Counted from the stretch's first letter, positions 1 to 10,035 are shown. The stretch: 56,801 nt of DNA from a virus (IMGVR_UViG_2529293216_000012), one strand, 5' to 3'. A program made the numbers and translations. The notes: generated by a model not told the origin, from the letters alone.

Positions 1-1254
1 ATGCTGGAACAAATGGGCATTGCCGCGAAGCAAGCCTCGTATAAATTAGCGCAACTCTCCAGCCGCGAAAAAAATCGCGTGCTGGAAAAAATCGCCGATG
101 AACTGGAAGCACAAAGCGAAATCATCCTCAACGCTAACGCCCAGGATGTTGCTGACGCGCGAGCCAATGGCCTTAGCGAAGCGATGCTTGACCGTCTGGC
201 ACTGACGCCCGCACGGCTGAAAGGCATTGCCGACGATGTACGTCAGGTGTGCAACCTCGCCGATCCAGTGGGGCAGGTAATCGATGGCGGCGTACTGGAC
301 AGCGGCCTGCGTCTTGAGCGTCGTCGCGTACCGCTGGGGGTTATTGGCGTGATTTATGAAGCGCGCCCGAACGTGACGGTTGATGTCGCTTCGCTGTGCC
401 TGAAAACCGGTAACGCGGTGATCCTGCGTGGTGGCAAAGAAACCTGTCGCACTAACGCGGCAACGGTGGTGGTGATTCAGGACGCCCTGAAATCCTGTGG
501 CTTACCGGCGGGTGCCGTGCAGGCGATTGATAATCCTGACCGTGCGCTGGTCAGTGAAATGCTGCGTATGGATAAATACATCGACATGCTGATCCCGCGC
601 GGCGGGGCTGGTTTGCATAAACTGTGCCGCGAGCAGTCGACGATCCCGGTGATCACAGGTGGTATAGGCGTATGCCATATTTATGTTGATGAAAGTGCAG
701 AGATTGCTGAAGCCCTGAAAGTAATCGTCAATGCGAAAACTCAGCGTCCGAGCACATGTAATACGGTAGAAACGTTGCTGGTGAATAAAAACATCGCCTA
801 TAGCTTCCTGCCCGCATTAAGCAAACAAATGGCGGAAAGCGGCGTGACGTTACACGCAGATGCATCTGCGCTGGCGCAGTTGCAGACAGGCCCTGCGAAG
901 GTGGTGGCGGTTAAAGCCGAAGAGTATGACGATGAGTTTCTGTCATTAGATTTGAACGTCAAAATCGTCAGCGATCTTGACGATGCCATCGCCCATATTC
1001 GTGAACACGGCACGCAACACTCCGATGCGATCCTGACCCGCGATATGCGCAACGCCCAGCGTTTTGTTAACGAAGTGGATTCGTCCGCTGTTTACGTTAA
1101 CGCCTCTACGCGTTTTACCGACGGCGGCCAGTTTGGACTGGGTGCGGAAGTGGCGGTAAGCACACAAAAACTCCACGCGCGTGGCCCAATGGGGCTGGAA
1201 GCACTGACCACTTACAAGTGGATCGGCATTGGTGATTACACCATTCGTGCGTAA
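1..1254 (+). CDS. proA: gamma-glutamyl phosphate reductase (proline biosynthesis), complete 417 aa
   Basis: Full-length ORF; translation recognised as enterobacterial ProA ([20 protein letters not shown]... aldehyde dehydrogenase fold). Confidence 0.96.
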
Positions 1255-1368
1255 ATAAAACCGGGTGATGCAAAAGTAGCCGTTTGATTCACAAGGCCAT
1301 TGACGCATCGCCCGGTTAGTTTTAACCTTGTCCACCGTGATTCACGTTCGTGAACATGTCCTTTCAGG

Positions 1369-1444
1369 GCCGATATAGCTCAGTTGGTAGAGCAGCGCAT
1401 TCGTAATGCGAAGGTCGTAGGTTCGACTCCTATTATCGGCACCA
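1369..1444 (+). tRNA. thrW: tRNA-Thr (anticodon CGU)
   Basis: 76 nt GCCGATATAGCTCAGTTGGTAGAGCAGCGCATTCGTAATGCG...GGTTCGACTCCTATTATCGGCACCA; canonical D-loop, T-arm and CCA; lies directly downstream of proA as in E. coli. Confidence 0.93.
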
Positions 1445-1458
1445 TTAAAATCAATAAG

Positions 1459-2622
1459 TTACACATCATTAGTACCTTCCTTATTTTTTGACTGGGACAA
1501 ATTTGGGACCGATGGGTTCAGGATCGAGTCTATTTGCCGTGCGTGTTCGGTAAGGTGATTAGGTGCAAGGTGAGCATATCGACGAACCATTTCGATAGAC
1601 TCCCAGCCTCCCATTTCCTGTAACACTGACAACGGGACTCCGGCTTGAACCAGCCAACTTGCCCAGGTGTGTCTCAAGTCGTGAAATCTGAAATCATCAA
1701 TACCAGCCCGTCTCAGCGCCGCTTTCCAGGCTGTGTTTGCGTCATACCGCATCTTCCTTACTGTTGGCGCTTTCGTTCCGTCTGGTTTGGTACAGCTTTC
1801 CTTGTACACAAATACCCAACGGTGATGATTCCCGATTTGTTTTTTCAATACGCGACATGCAGTATCATTCAGCGCAACGCCAATTGCGCGGTTTGATTTA
1901 CTCTCTTCCGGGTTTATCCATGCCACCCGGCGCTGCATATCTATTTGTTGCCATTCAAGGTTGATGATGTTCGAGCGTCTTAAGCCTGTTGCCAGTGCAA
2001 ATTCAACAACAGACTTTAATGGCTCCGGACATTCATCAATCAGCCTTTGTGCTTCATGGGGCTCCAGCCAGCGGATCCGTTTATTCTTTGGTTGAGGCAC
2101 TTTAATAATTGGTGCCTTATCCAGCATTTTCCATTCACGCTCTGCGGCTCTTAGTAGGGCCTTTATAAATGAAAGATGCGTAGCCTTCGTTGCAACGGAC
2201 GCTGGTTTTGGCGTGTATTCTGGAACAGGTTTCCCTTTTTTTCTGCATGCTTCTGCCCTGAGTTTCCAGTTTTCCTCATGACGCCGGTTCGTCATTTTCT
2301 GCATTGCTGAATAAATTTTTGATTCAGTAATGTCTCTTAGTTGCATTCCTGCGAAATGTTGAAGCCAGAATCCGATCCGGCTTTTGTCATCGTCCAGCGA
2401 TTTTTTATGTGCTTTCTCTTCAAGCCACCTGACACACGCTTCCTCGAACGTTATATCAGGTATTTCACCAAGTTTGCTGACCCGCCATGCTTCAGCCTTT
2501 AGCTTGTCATGGAGTTCTGTCGCCTGCCTTTTGTCCTTTGTTCCAAGAGACTGTTTAAATCTTTTACCGTTCGGCAATGTGAAACTGGCGTACCATATTT
2601 CACCTCTGCGGAAGAGTGACAT
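1459..2622 (-). CDS. int: phage tyrosine integrase, P22/SfV type (thrW-specific)
   Basis: 387 aa, [21 protein letters not shown]... with C-terminal [16 protein letters not shown]...RYAHL catalytic region; stop 15 bp from the tRNA-Thr 3' end. Confidence 0.93.
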   Translation of the reverse strand: MSLFRRGEIWYASFTLPNGKRFKQSLGTKDKRQATELHDKLKAEAWRVSKLGEIPDITFEEACVRWLEEKAHKKSLDDDKSRIGFWLQHFAGMQLRDITESKIYSAMQKMTNRRHEENWKLRAEACRKKGKPVPEYTPKPASVATKATHLSFIKALLRAAEREWKMLDKAPIIKVPQPKNKRIRWLEPHEAQRLIDECPEPLKSVVEFALATGLRRSNIINLEWQQIDMQRRVAWINPEESKSNRAIGVALNDTACRVLKKQIGNHHRWVFVYKESCTKPDGTKAPTVRKMRYDANTAWKAALRRAGIDDFRFHDLRHTWASWLVQAGVPLSVLQEMGGWESIEMVRRYAHLAPNHLTEHARQIDSILNPSVPNLSQSKNKEGTNDV

Positions 2623-2849
2623 TTTCTTTCCTCTGTTATGCCATCACCCGCGCTCACCTGGACAGTATGCAGCGGAGACTGAAGAGCCGCAATGCAGGCT
2701 TGTCGTGTTGTGAGGTAAGGAGATTTATTCTTAGTGGGATCTTTGCGTGTTGCCTGAAGACGCCCTGTGCGTATCCAGTTAATGGCAGTCGGTCTGGATA
2801 TCTTGAGAAAATGACAGGCCTCATCGAGTGTGAGGCTGTATGGCTCCAT
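2499..2849 (-). CDS. xis: excisionase (P22 Xis-like, 116 aa)
   Basis: Internal Met of track ORF 2499..2933 chosen ([31 protein letters not shown]); HTH; overlaps int start as in P22; start overlaps upstream stop (TGATG). Confidence 0.8.
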   Translation of the reverse strand: MEPYSLTLDEACHFLKISRPTAINWIRTGRLQATRKDPTKNKSPYLTTRQACIAALQSPLHTVQVSAGDGITEERKCHSSAEVKYGTPVSHCRTVKDLNSLLEQRTKGRRQNSMTS

Positions 2850-3154
2850 TATTTCACCTCTTGTTGTGACATTGTTGAAAAATGGATACCTGCTCGTTGC
2901 TGCCAGACGATCCAACCGAGAGTCATATCCCATGCCATGTATTCGTTATCGCCGTTTTTTGCTCTCCGACGATCTACTAAGTCACCGAAACGCTTTTCCA
3001 TGAATAATTCATAAGCTTCGCGTTCATCTGGTTCTACTTCCAGAGATAGGAGTGCGATTTCATAAGCACGGCGCTCAATATCGTCTCGCACGTCAAGGCT
3101 GCTGATACGCTCTTTAATTTCTTTAATCAGTTCTTTGTCGGTAAAAGTGGTCAT
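2849..3154 (-). CDS. hypothetical lambdoid early-left protein
   Basis: 101 aa ORF translationally coupled to xis and to the upstream ORF; no family recognised. Confidence 0.55.
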   Translation of the reverse strand: MTTFTDKELIKEIKERISSLDVRDDIERRAYEIALLSLEVEPDEREAYELFMEKRFGDLVDRRRAKNGDNEYMAWDMTLGWIVWQQRAGIHFSTMSQQEVK

Positions 3155-3516
3155 TATGCTCCAGCCTCCGGTGCTTTTGGCATTACTGCCCAGTGAGTGA
3201 TATTGACGTTTTCAAGGTCCCCGACCTGAAATGTCCACTGCCATTCTCCGGTTTCTTTTTGTCCCCAGGTGTACCAGAGAGAACGCCAGCCAATTAGCCA
3301 GCCTTCTCCGTTAGCATCGAATAACAAAACACTTTCATTTGCTGGTGGCAGTTCAGTTGACACTGGTATTACTTTGTTTTCCTGTGCTGCACATTTAGCT
3401 TCAAGCGCATCGAATTTACGCACCAGGTATTCAGCATCTGTTTCATTCACTTTCAGATCTCGCGGTACACATCTCCCACGAAGAAACCCTTCCATTTCGA
3501 AAACATTCATGCGCAT
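3154..3516 (-). CDS. hypothetical phage protein, DUF551-like
   Basis: 120 aa, Trp-rich C-terminal region (WLIGWRSLWYTWGQKETGEWQW) typical of DUF551 early-region proteins of lambdoid phages. Confidence 0.55.
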   Translation of the reverse strand: MRMNVFEMEGFLRGRCVPRDLKVNETDAEYLVRKFDALEAKCAAQENKVIPVSTELPPANESVLLFDANGEGWLIGWRSLWYTWGQKETGEWQWTFQVGDLENVNITHWAVMPKAPEAGA

Positions 3517-4070
3517 TTGCGTAACTCCGATAACTCGTTAAAACGTTCCATAAACATCCCGTAGGCATGGCCCGGTGCCTGTGGAATCACTTTGAACATC
3601 TCTGTTGCCGGGATACCTTCCAGTACAGGCCAGAAAGAGCCATCATCAAGCCCGAGATCGCGGCGTTCGGTTGCCAGCATAATGAGATCGGCATATTTCA
3701 CTGGCGTGCTCATAACAGGAGGTAACCCGTATTTCTCACGTATTACGGCGTCTATTTTTTCTTCCATCCGTTTATAGTCAGGAAGAAGTCGTTTCAGTGG
3801 TGCGGGGATGTCCTGGCAATATGCTTCTGTTGCATCATGCATTAAAGCTTCAAAAGCAAATTCCTGTGGCACCAGCTGGCTGCAAAGCACCGCATGTTGG
3901 GCGACACTGTAGAAGTGTGAAAGATGTCCTGCAAAGCGACAGATATTTGAAAGGGAAACCGCGATATCGTTAATAACGATGTCGTCTTTATTTATCCTGT
4001 CATAATAAAAATGCTTCCCGGAAAAAGTTTTAATAAATGACATTTTGTTCTCCACGTATATGCGCTGCAC
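3507..4070 (-). CDS. HD-domain phosphohydrolase (YfbR-like 5'-deoxynucleotidase family)
   Basis: 187 aa with HD motif context (ALMHDATEAYCQDIPAPLK); overlaps the downstream ORF by 10 nt. Confidence 0.65.
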   Translation of the reverse strand: MQRIYVENKMSFIKTFSGKHFYYDRINKDDIVINDIAVSLSNICRFAGHLSHFYSVAQHAVLCSQLVPQEFAFEALMHDATEAYCQDIPAPLKRLLPDYKRMEEKIDAVIREKYGLPPVMSTPVKYADLIMLATERRDLGLDDGSFWPVLEGIPATEMFKVIPQAPGHAYGMFMERFNELSELRKCA

Positions 4071-4183
4071 CGCGCTGAATTCGGGTAAAAGGAAGCCCTC
4101 ACCGTCCGGCGATTATTGAGTCAATTACATTTCCATAAATGCCCCCGTAGGGGCGGTTAGTTTCTCCACAAAACAGAGAAGAA

Positions 4184-4408
4184 CACCTGTAACCAGGTGA
4201 ATCATTTGATACCGACAAGGGTTTTAGTGAAAGGAGGTGAAATCACCTGTAAGATGCTGAAATAAAACAGGTGATGTATACTTCGGACGGAAAACTCTTT
4301 TTGATACCGACTGCTCAACAAATAGTCAAAAGATCAAAAAACGGCGACACATTTGATACTGCTAATTTACCCTTAAAATCTTCTTCAAAACATCTTCAAA
4401 ACATCTTC
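4184..4408. repeat. Mu-like left-end region: repeated transposase-binding-like motifs and a tandem repeat
   Basis: TTTGATACCGAC at 4205-4216 and 4300-4311, TTTGATACTGC at 4352-4362 (spacing about 95 and 50 bp, like Mu L1-L3); palindrome CACCTGTAACCAGGTG at 4184-4199; AAAACATCTTC-type unit x3 at 4375-4408. Confidence 0.45.
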
Positions 4409-4554
4409 AAACTGCCAAAATGCTCACATAATCGATCTAACTATAATCAGTATGATAATCATCATGAATTACTATTCAATAGCGTGATTATCTTGGGATG
4501 AGTCATATGATCTCTATATGTATTTACAGCACCACCTCATGATAGCGATGGCGC

Positions 4555-5166
4555 TTAACCAACAACATTTTTCTTTACTGTCACTGCCCCTGATTCCTGG
4601 GTGGCGTTATTGCTCGAGTTGTACTTCTCAATAACGCGCAAAATCTCTTTGTCTGTTTCTTCACTTCCCGCCATTCCTATCTTTATTGCATTTTTTAGTA
4701 CGGGACGTAATGGCAAGGCATCAATGATGCTTTCTACCGCATCCTGGCTGATTGTAGATGTATTCATTGCTGCCAGCCTGACAAGGTTATTAGTACCTTC
4801 TCGCCTGATGAATGTAAGGATTAATTGCTTCTCTTGGGGGCTTAGAGAGCTAAGCGCCTGATCAATACCCGAACCTGAATCGCAATTGTTTTCGATTTTT
4901 CCGCATTCATCTTCGTTCTTGCCTGTGGCCAACCATTCGAGTGAACAATTACAGGCTTTAGCTATTAAGGCCAGTTTATCCAAAGGAGGGAAGTTTTTCC
5001 CCTTCCTGTAATTTCTTACTGTGGCTTCAGATAGTCCACAAAGGGTCGCCAGTTCGACGTTTGTCATGTTTCCCATAGCCATAGCTAAGCGTTCTGAAAA
5101 TCGGTTTATTCCTTCCATATCAATAAACCGTTCCGCACTGGATACGGTTTTTTCTGCCTTATCCAT
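4555..5166 (-). CDS. c: Mu c-type repressor (HTH, XRE-like N-terminus)
   Basis: 203 aa; N-terminal HTH (NVELATLCGLSEATVRNYRKG); leftward, divergent from ner-A-B as in phage Mu. Confidence 0.8.
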   Translation of the reverse strand: MDKAEKTVSSAERFIDMEGINRFSERLAMAMGNMTNVELATLCGLSEATVRNYRKGKNFPPLDKLALIAKACNCSLEWLATGKNEDECGKIENNCDSGSGIDQALSSLSPQEKQLILTFIRREGTNNLVRLAAMNTSTISQDAVESIIDALPLRPVLKNAIKIGMAGSEETDKEILRVIEKYNSSNNATQESGAVTVKKNVVG

Positions 5167-5322
5167 ATAACCCCCTATAAAACAAAGAAATTATCGACAT
5201 CGCATTTAATTTCGATATGCTCGCAAAAAACCGTTGATATCGAATTATTTTGCGATTATGATTTACCTAAATCGATAACCGGTTTTGATTATCGGTTCAG
5301 GTAAACATGAGAGGATCACACA
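5167..5322. promoter_or_regulatory. divergent c / ner-A-B promoter-operator region (Mu Pc/Pe-O1-O3 equivalent)
   Basis: 156 bp intergenic with at least five copies of an ATCGA(T/C)A-type motif and the palindrome AACCGGTT; position about 1 kb from the left end matches the Mu operator/enhancer region. Confidence 0.5.
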
Positions 5323-5589
5323 ATGAGGGTATCCAGACAAGCATCGAATAATTTGTTTGTTCGAGAGGGGTGTGACTGGTCTGCTAAAGCGGTATATGCA
5401 GCCCTTGAAAACAAAGGCACAGACCTCCCTGAACTGGAAAGGGAGTTAGGATTAAAAAGCGGATCAATGCGCAATGTGTTTTACCGCCAGTGCCGTAAAT
5501 ACGAAGCCGCCATCGCCGAAAAAATAGGGGTTGAACCTGCTGTAATCTGGCCCAGCAGATACCAGGTGGACGCCAGAGAAGTGGCTTGA
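5323..5589 (+). CDS. ner: Ner-like DNA-binding regulator
   Basis: 88 aa; C-terminal EPAVIWPSRYQ matches the Mu Ner/Nlp signature; immediately upstream of the transposase. Confidence 0.88.
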   Translation: MRVSRQASNNLFVREGCDWSAKAVYAALENKGTDLPELERELGLKSGSMRNVFYRQCRKYEAAIAEKIGVEPAVIWPSRYQVDAREVA

Positions 5590-5599
5590 TGGGGGATGT

Positions 5600-7690
5600 A
5601 TGTGGGTAACAGCAAAAGAATGTGTTGGTCTTCCTGATTTACCAATGATGGAACATAACATTCGCCATCGACTCACAAAAGCAGCTGCGGGAAATGCAGC
5701 CATGTTACGCAAACGTAAGGGGACAAAAGCAATCGAATTTAATATCGATTGTTTGCCTTCTGGCGCGCAACAAGTATTGCGTGAACGTTATGCCCTTCAA
5801 CTGATGACGCAAAAAGCTGATGAATCACCGGCTCCGGTGGTGACAAAGGCCAGACGCTCGCCTGCCGTGGTTGATGCGGTGGAGGCATATCGCGGATCAC
5901 CACAACTGATGGTTGAACGCCTTAATGCCCTGACTGAAAACCAGCGCCAGGTGGCTGATGCACGAATTGCGATCGTCAGCGAAGTGATGAAAGTCGCGCA
6001 ACAACCCGGTTTCAGCTGTGCGAAAGCTATCCGGTTTATCGTTGACAACCTGGCACGTTCGCAACTGGACGAGCGCATTGTGGCAATGGTTGAGACGGCG
6101 AACGCCAAAAAGGGAAACAGCCGTGCGTTGAGTGAAATAACGCTGAAACGCTGGATTGCGGCCTTTAACAAGGCGCAGAACGCCGCTGAACGCCTGCTTT
6201 TACTGGCACCGGGTAAGCGCCAGGAAATAAAAGCCGAAGATATTAACTGGCTGCCCGAATTTCTGGCGCAGTATCGCCAGTCAAACGGCCGACCAATGAC
6301 CGAGGCTTACGAGGATTTTGTCGCTGAATGGCAGCACCGGCACGCTGATGAGCCTTATATGCTCGATATCATGCCGTCTTATGACACCATTCGCCGCGCA
6401 ATGAAGAAACTGCCGGAAGTGGTGAAACAAAAAGGCCGGGTGACCGGCAGTGAATACCGCCAGCTTGAGGGATTCACGCGCCGCGACTGGTCCAGAATGC
6501 CGGTGAATTATGTCTGGATTGGTGACGGTCACGGCATGAAGCTGAAATGCGCACACCCGGTTCACGGTCGGCCATTTGCACCGGAAGTGACCTTTGTTAT
6601 CGACGGTGGCACGCGCTTTGTGGTGGGCTGGAGCCTTGACCTGGCTGAAAATGTTTTCGCCGTAGCCGGTGCCATACAGCACGGCATTCGCCATCACGGC
6701 AAACCGTTTCTGTATTACTCGGATAACGGCTCCGGGGAAACCGCCGACATCCTGGATAAGGAGGTTGTGGGGATACTGCCGCGACTGGGGATTAATCACC
6801 CGACCGGGATTGCCGGTAATCCGCAGGGACGAGGCATTATCGAACGGCTTAACCGCACATTACCGATGCGCATAGCCCGTAAATACCGCACCTATTTCGG
6901 GAAAGGTGCAGATCGCGAGACGTTACGCAAAACCAACCGCGATTTACGCTCGGCATTTACTGCCCTGCAACAGGGCAAACGGCTGAACGCCCGGCAGCAG
7001 TCAGCGATGCGTGATTTACCGTCCTGGTCTGAACTGATTGATGCCATTCGTGACGGTGTTGAGTGGTACAACAACCGGCCGCACGATGAATTACCGGTGA
7101 AGCCGAACGGCAAGCATTACAGCCCGGCGGAGTTCAGAAAAAAACGCCTGGCGGAAGAGGACACGGAAATTGAATGGCTGTCCGATGTTGAGCTGCGGGA
7201 TATGTTCCGGCCGATGGTGGAACGCCCTGTAAGACGCTGTGAAATACGCTGGCTGAATAATATTTACTACGCGCCCGAGCTGCGTGACGAGCATGGTCGT
7301 AAGGTGCTTATCAGCTATGACATTCATGATGCCGAACGAATTACCGTACGTCGCCTGGATGGCAGCGTGATTTGCGAGGCGGTATGGGACGGTAATAAAC
7401 GCGAAGCCTTCCCGGTTAGCGCGGAATACTACAAACAGCAGCAACGCCTTAAAGGCATGCGTAAACGCGCAGAGGAAAAAATCCGTGATGCCGAGGATGA
7501 GGTTGTCAACGTGCTGGAGCACAAGCCGCAGGAGCCCTGGCTGGAAAACATATACCGCCCTGTGGGTAATACGGTGACCGTTCAGCAACCGGTCGCTGAC
7601 GATGAACCTGATGAAGAATACGAGCGTAATTTCCAGCGGGGATTGCAGTTGCTGGAAGCGAAATTAAAAGAAAATGACCCGCTGGCCTGA
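5600..7690 (+). CDS. A: Mu-type DDE transposase A
   Basis: 696 aa; N-terminus MWVTAKECVGLPDLP resembles MuA (MELWVSPKECANLPGLP); size and position match. Confidence 0.93.
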   Translation: MWVTAKECVGLPDLPMMEHNIRHRLTKAAAGNAAMLRKRKGTKAIEFNIDCLPSGAQQVLRERYALQLMTQKADESPAPVVTKARRSPAVVDAVEAYRGSPQLMVERLNALTENQRQVADARIAIVSEVMKVAQQPGFSCAKAIRFIVDNLARSQLDERIVAMVETANAKKGNSRALSEITLKRWIAAFNKAQNAAERLLLLAPGKRQEIKAEDINWLPEFLAQYRQSNGRPMTEAYEDFVAEWQHRHADEPYMLDIMPSYDTIRRAMKKLPEVVKQKGRVTGSEYRQLEGFTRRDWSRMPVNYVWIGDGHGMKLKCAHPVHGRPFAPEVTFVIDGGTRFVVGWSLDLAENVFAVAGAIQHGIRHHGKPFLYYSDNGSGETADILDKEVVGILPRLGINHPTGIAGNPQGRGIIERLNRTLPMRIARKYRTYFGKGADRETLRKTNRDLRSAFTALQQGKRLNARQQSAMRDLPSWSELIDAIRDGVEWYNNRPHDELPVKPNGKHYSPAEFRKKRLAEEDTEIEWLSDVELRDMFRPMVERPVRRCEIRWLNNIYYAPELRDEHGRKVLISYDIHDAERITVRRLDGSVICEAVWDGNKREAFPVSAEYYKQQQRLKGMRKRAEEKIRDAEDEVVNVLEHKPQEPWLENIYRPVGNTVTVQQPVADDEPDEEYERNFQRGLQLLEAKLKENDPLA

Positions 7691-7761
7691 AATAAAAAAA
7701 TAACCCGAGCGGCGACTCAGGTTATTTGATTAAACAAGGTATCAAATGAGAGGTTAATAAT

Positions 7762-8694
7762 ATGACTGATATTAACGATGTAATCAAGACCATTGATGAA
7801 CTTATTGATGGCGGCGTACTGACGCAGTATGCCATCGCCAGAGAGGCGGGAATTTCCGACGGCACATTATCGGCTTTCCGTAAGGGAAAATATAAAGGCG
7901 ATAACGCTGCTGTGGCTGCTTCCCTGCGTTCCTGGTATGAGAACTGGAATAAACAAAGCGCACTGCCGGAACCGCCGCAGTTTGTGGAAACGCAGACAGT
8001 CCAGGAGCTGCGCGCACTGTTTCAGGCGGTTCGTCTGATGGGCTGTATTAACGTTATTGTGGGCGTACCGGGTGTGGGTAAAACGGCCACTGCCCGTAAT
8101 TACTGCCAGGAGCAACCAAACACCTGGATGATCACCCTGTCACCCGCGCACTCCAGCGTCACGGAGTGTCTGCTGGAGCTGGCCGATGCGCTGGGGATTG
8201 ATTACACCCGCGCGAACAAAGGGGCATTATCCCGCGCCATCCGCCGTCGCCTGATGGGAACGCGTGGACTGGTGATTGTGGATGAGGCGGATCATCTTGG
8301 TATTGACGGTCTGGAGCAACTCCGGGCAATTCAGGACGCCACGGGGATCGGGATGGTGCTTATTGGTAACCCGCGCGGATTGTTTAAAGGTGGACGCCGC
8401 GCCTTTGATGATTTATCGCGCCTGTTCAGCCGTCTTGCCCGTACAAAACAACTTCGCAAGGCCAAAAAGGCGGATGTGCTGGCCATTGCCAGGGCGTGGG
8501 GGATCAGTGGTGAGGCCGAGCTGGCCGTCATGCAGGCTATCGCTGAAAAGCCGGGAGCGTTACGCGTTCTGACACATACGCTTAACCAGGCGTGGCTCAC
8601 CGCCAGCGGTGAAGGCGCGGCGCTGACAGAAAAACATATTAATGCGGCCTTTAAAGAGGTTTATACCAACCCTGAATTACTCTCACAGGTGTGA
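7762..8694 (+). CDS. B: Mu B-type AAA+ transposition ATPase / target DNA activator
   Basis: 310 aa; N-terminal HTH, Walker A GVPGVGKT, Walker B LVIVDEADHL; follows A. Confidence 0.9.
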   Translation: MTDINDVIKTIDELIDGGVLTQYAIAREAGISDGTLSAFRKGKYKGDNAAVAASLRSWYENWNKQSALPEPPQFVETQTVQELRALFQAVRLMGCINVIVGVPGVGKTATARNYCQEQPNTWMITLSPAHSSVTECLLELADALGIDYTRANKGALSRAIRRRLMGTRGLVIVDEADHLGIDGLEQLRAIQDATGIGMVLIGNPRGLFKGGRRAFDDLSRLFSRLARTKQLRKAKKADVLAIARAWGISGEAELAVMQAIAEKPGALRVLTHTLNQAWLTASGEGAALTEKHINAAFKEVYTNPELLSQV

Positions 8695-8918
8695 TTATGG
8701 CGGTATTTAATATTCCTGATATTTACGGACGCTTTTACCTGGTTAATTTCGATAACGTGAAGGTGATTTCACTGGCCGAAAATAAAGAATGTGGCGATTT
8801 TCTTTTTGAATTTAATGACCGCACACGAATGGTGATATCTGCCGGACTTGATCGCGAAGGTGCGACAGACGTTTACAGCGGAATATGCCGTTCTGTTGGT
8901 GCGAAACAAGTCAGCTAA
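8691..8918 (+). CDS. small protein at the position of Mu kil (host-killing)
   Basis: 75 aa ORF overlapping the B stop; positional analogy to Mu kil only. Confidence 0.45.
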   Translation: MIMAVFNIPDIYGRFYLVNFDNVKVISLAENKECGDFLFEFNDRTRMVISAGLDREGATDVYSGICRSVGAKQVS

Positions 8919-9185
8919 ATGAGGTGTTATATGAATATGCAATCCTGCGGTAACAAAATGAATTTATTCGACTCCCTGAACAGCGCGCGCCGTCTGACCG
9001 AACTTGCCGGTGCGGTACTGGAACGCAGTAAGCGCTATCCGCAACGTTTTGCACTGAAAACCACGCCGCCGGTAGGCAACGTGCAGGGAACCGGTGAAAT
9101 TGAAATCACCATACAGACCAACGGCCTGCGCCGCCGTGTGAAGGCCACCCGCATCAGCGGCTGCACGGTTTACTGGGAGGTGTGA
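8919..9185 (+). CDS. hypothetical Mu-like early protein
   Basis: 88 aa ORF, contiguous with neighbours; no family recognised. Confidence 0.45.
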   Translation: MRCYMNMQSCGNKMNLFDSLNSARRLTELAGAVLERSKRYPQRFALKTTPPVGNVQGTGEIEITIQTNGLRRRVKATRISGCTVYWEV

Positions 9186-9186
9186 G

Positions 9187-9468
9187 GTGAAAAAAAATCT
9201 CATTGCATGGGCGTGGTCGAGTGGTCTTATTGAGTTTGGTTACGTCCTGCCGGAAGGTGCATTGCCGATAGTTGCCGGAAAGCCTGCCACGGTACGGCAT
9301 GTGATTGAGGTTATGGCGCGTCATGGACGTGATGAACAGGAGCAGTTACTGGTTCCGGGGATACCGGAAGCGGTGACGGAGGAAGAAGCCTTTAATGCCA
9401 TGATTCGGTTCTGCCGTGAGGTCAGACGCCGGGTCAGTTATCCAAACAGAACGAGGACCAGAGGATGA
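9187..9468 (+). CDS. hypothetical Mu-like early protein
   Basis: 93 aa, GTG start one nt after the upstream stop; no family recognised. Confidence 0.5.
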   Translation: MKKNLIAWAWSSGLIEFGYVLPEGALPIVAGKPATVRHVIEVMARHGRDEQEQLLVPGIPEAVTEEEAFNAMIRFCREVRRRVSYPNRTRTRG

Positions 9469-9737
9469 GTAAAGTCGTACGCATTATTTTCGAATACAAG
9501 GAGCACGTTATCCATAAAAACGCTGATGGAACAGTGCGCATGGGGGTAAGTCTGGACATACGTTCAACCGGGATAAAGCAGAAAGGTGATGGACCCGCCA
9601 TGATTTTTGGGGTGGTTATGCTCGCGGAAAGCAGAGACTTTGCTGAACTTGTGGCAATGAAAGCCAGTGCGCTCATGAAAGATATGAGCATGCGTTCCGG
9701 GGTTATTAAAGGTAATGAATTTAATCAGCAGGGGTAA
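9465..9737 (+). CDS. hypothetical early protein, paralog 1 of a tandem pair
   Basis: 90 aa, MSKVVRIIFEYKEHV...; shares its N-terminal motif with the next ORF. Confidence 0.55.
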   Translation: MSKVVRIIFEYKEHVIHKNADGTVRMGVSLDIRSTGIKQKGDGPAMIFGVVMLAESRDFAELVAMKASALMKDMSMRSGVIKGNEFNQQG

Positions 9738-9741
9738 TTCC

Positions 9742-10035
9742 ATGAGCAAAGTACGCGTTATTTTTGAATTTAAGCATGTTTCGCATGACGAAAAACCGGC
9801 AGGCAATGACTGTGTTGAAGTGCATGAAAAGATTGGTGTGGATGTAAAAACAGAACGTGATACGAATAACAGGCCGACGTCACTCTGTGACGTTTATGCA
9901 AGTATTCTCCAGTATCACAGTCCTGAAATTATTCAGTTTCTCTCAGCGGAATTTCAGGCATCTGTACAGGCTTTTGGGGCGGATGCCATCATTAAACGCC
10001 ACCGCGTGCATAAAGCATCAGGCACACTGCAATAA
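9742..10035 (+). CDS. hypothetical early protein, paralog 2 of a tandem pair
   Basis: Internal start of track ORF 9715..10035 (MSKVRVIFEFKHVSHDE) chosen by similarity to the preceding paralog. Confidence 0.5.
   Translation: MSKVRVIFEFKHVSHDEKPAGNDCVEVHEKIGVDVKTERDTNNRPTSLCDVYASILQYHSPEIIQFLSAEFQASVQAFGADAIIKRHRVHKASGTLQ

Noticed and set aside
4271-4501. 76-aa plus-strand ORF in the Mu-like left-end region
   Set aside because: Lies across the end-repeat motifs and tandem repeats in AT-rich non-coding DNA; no RBS; Mu left ends are non-coding.
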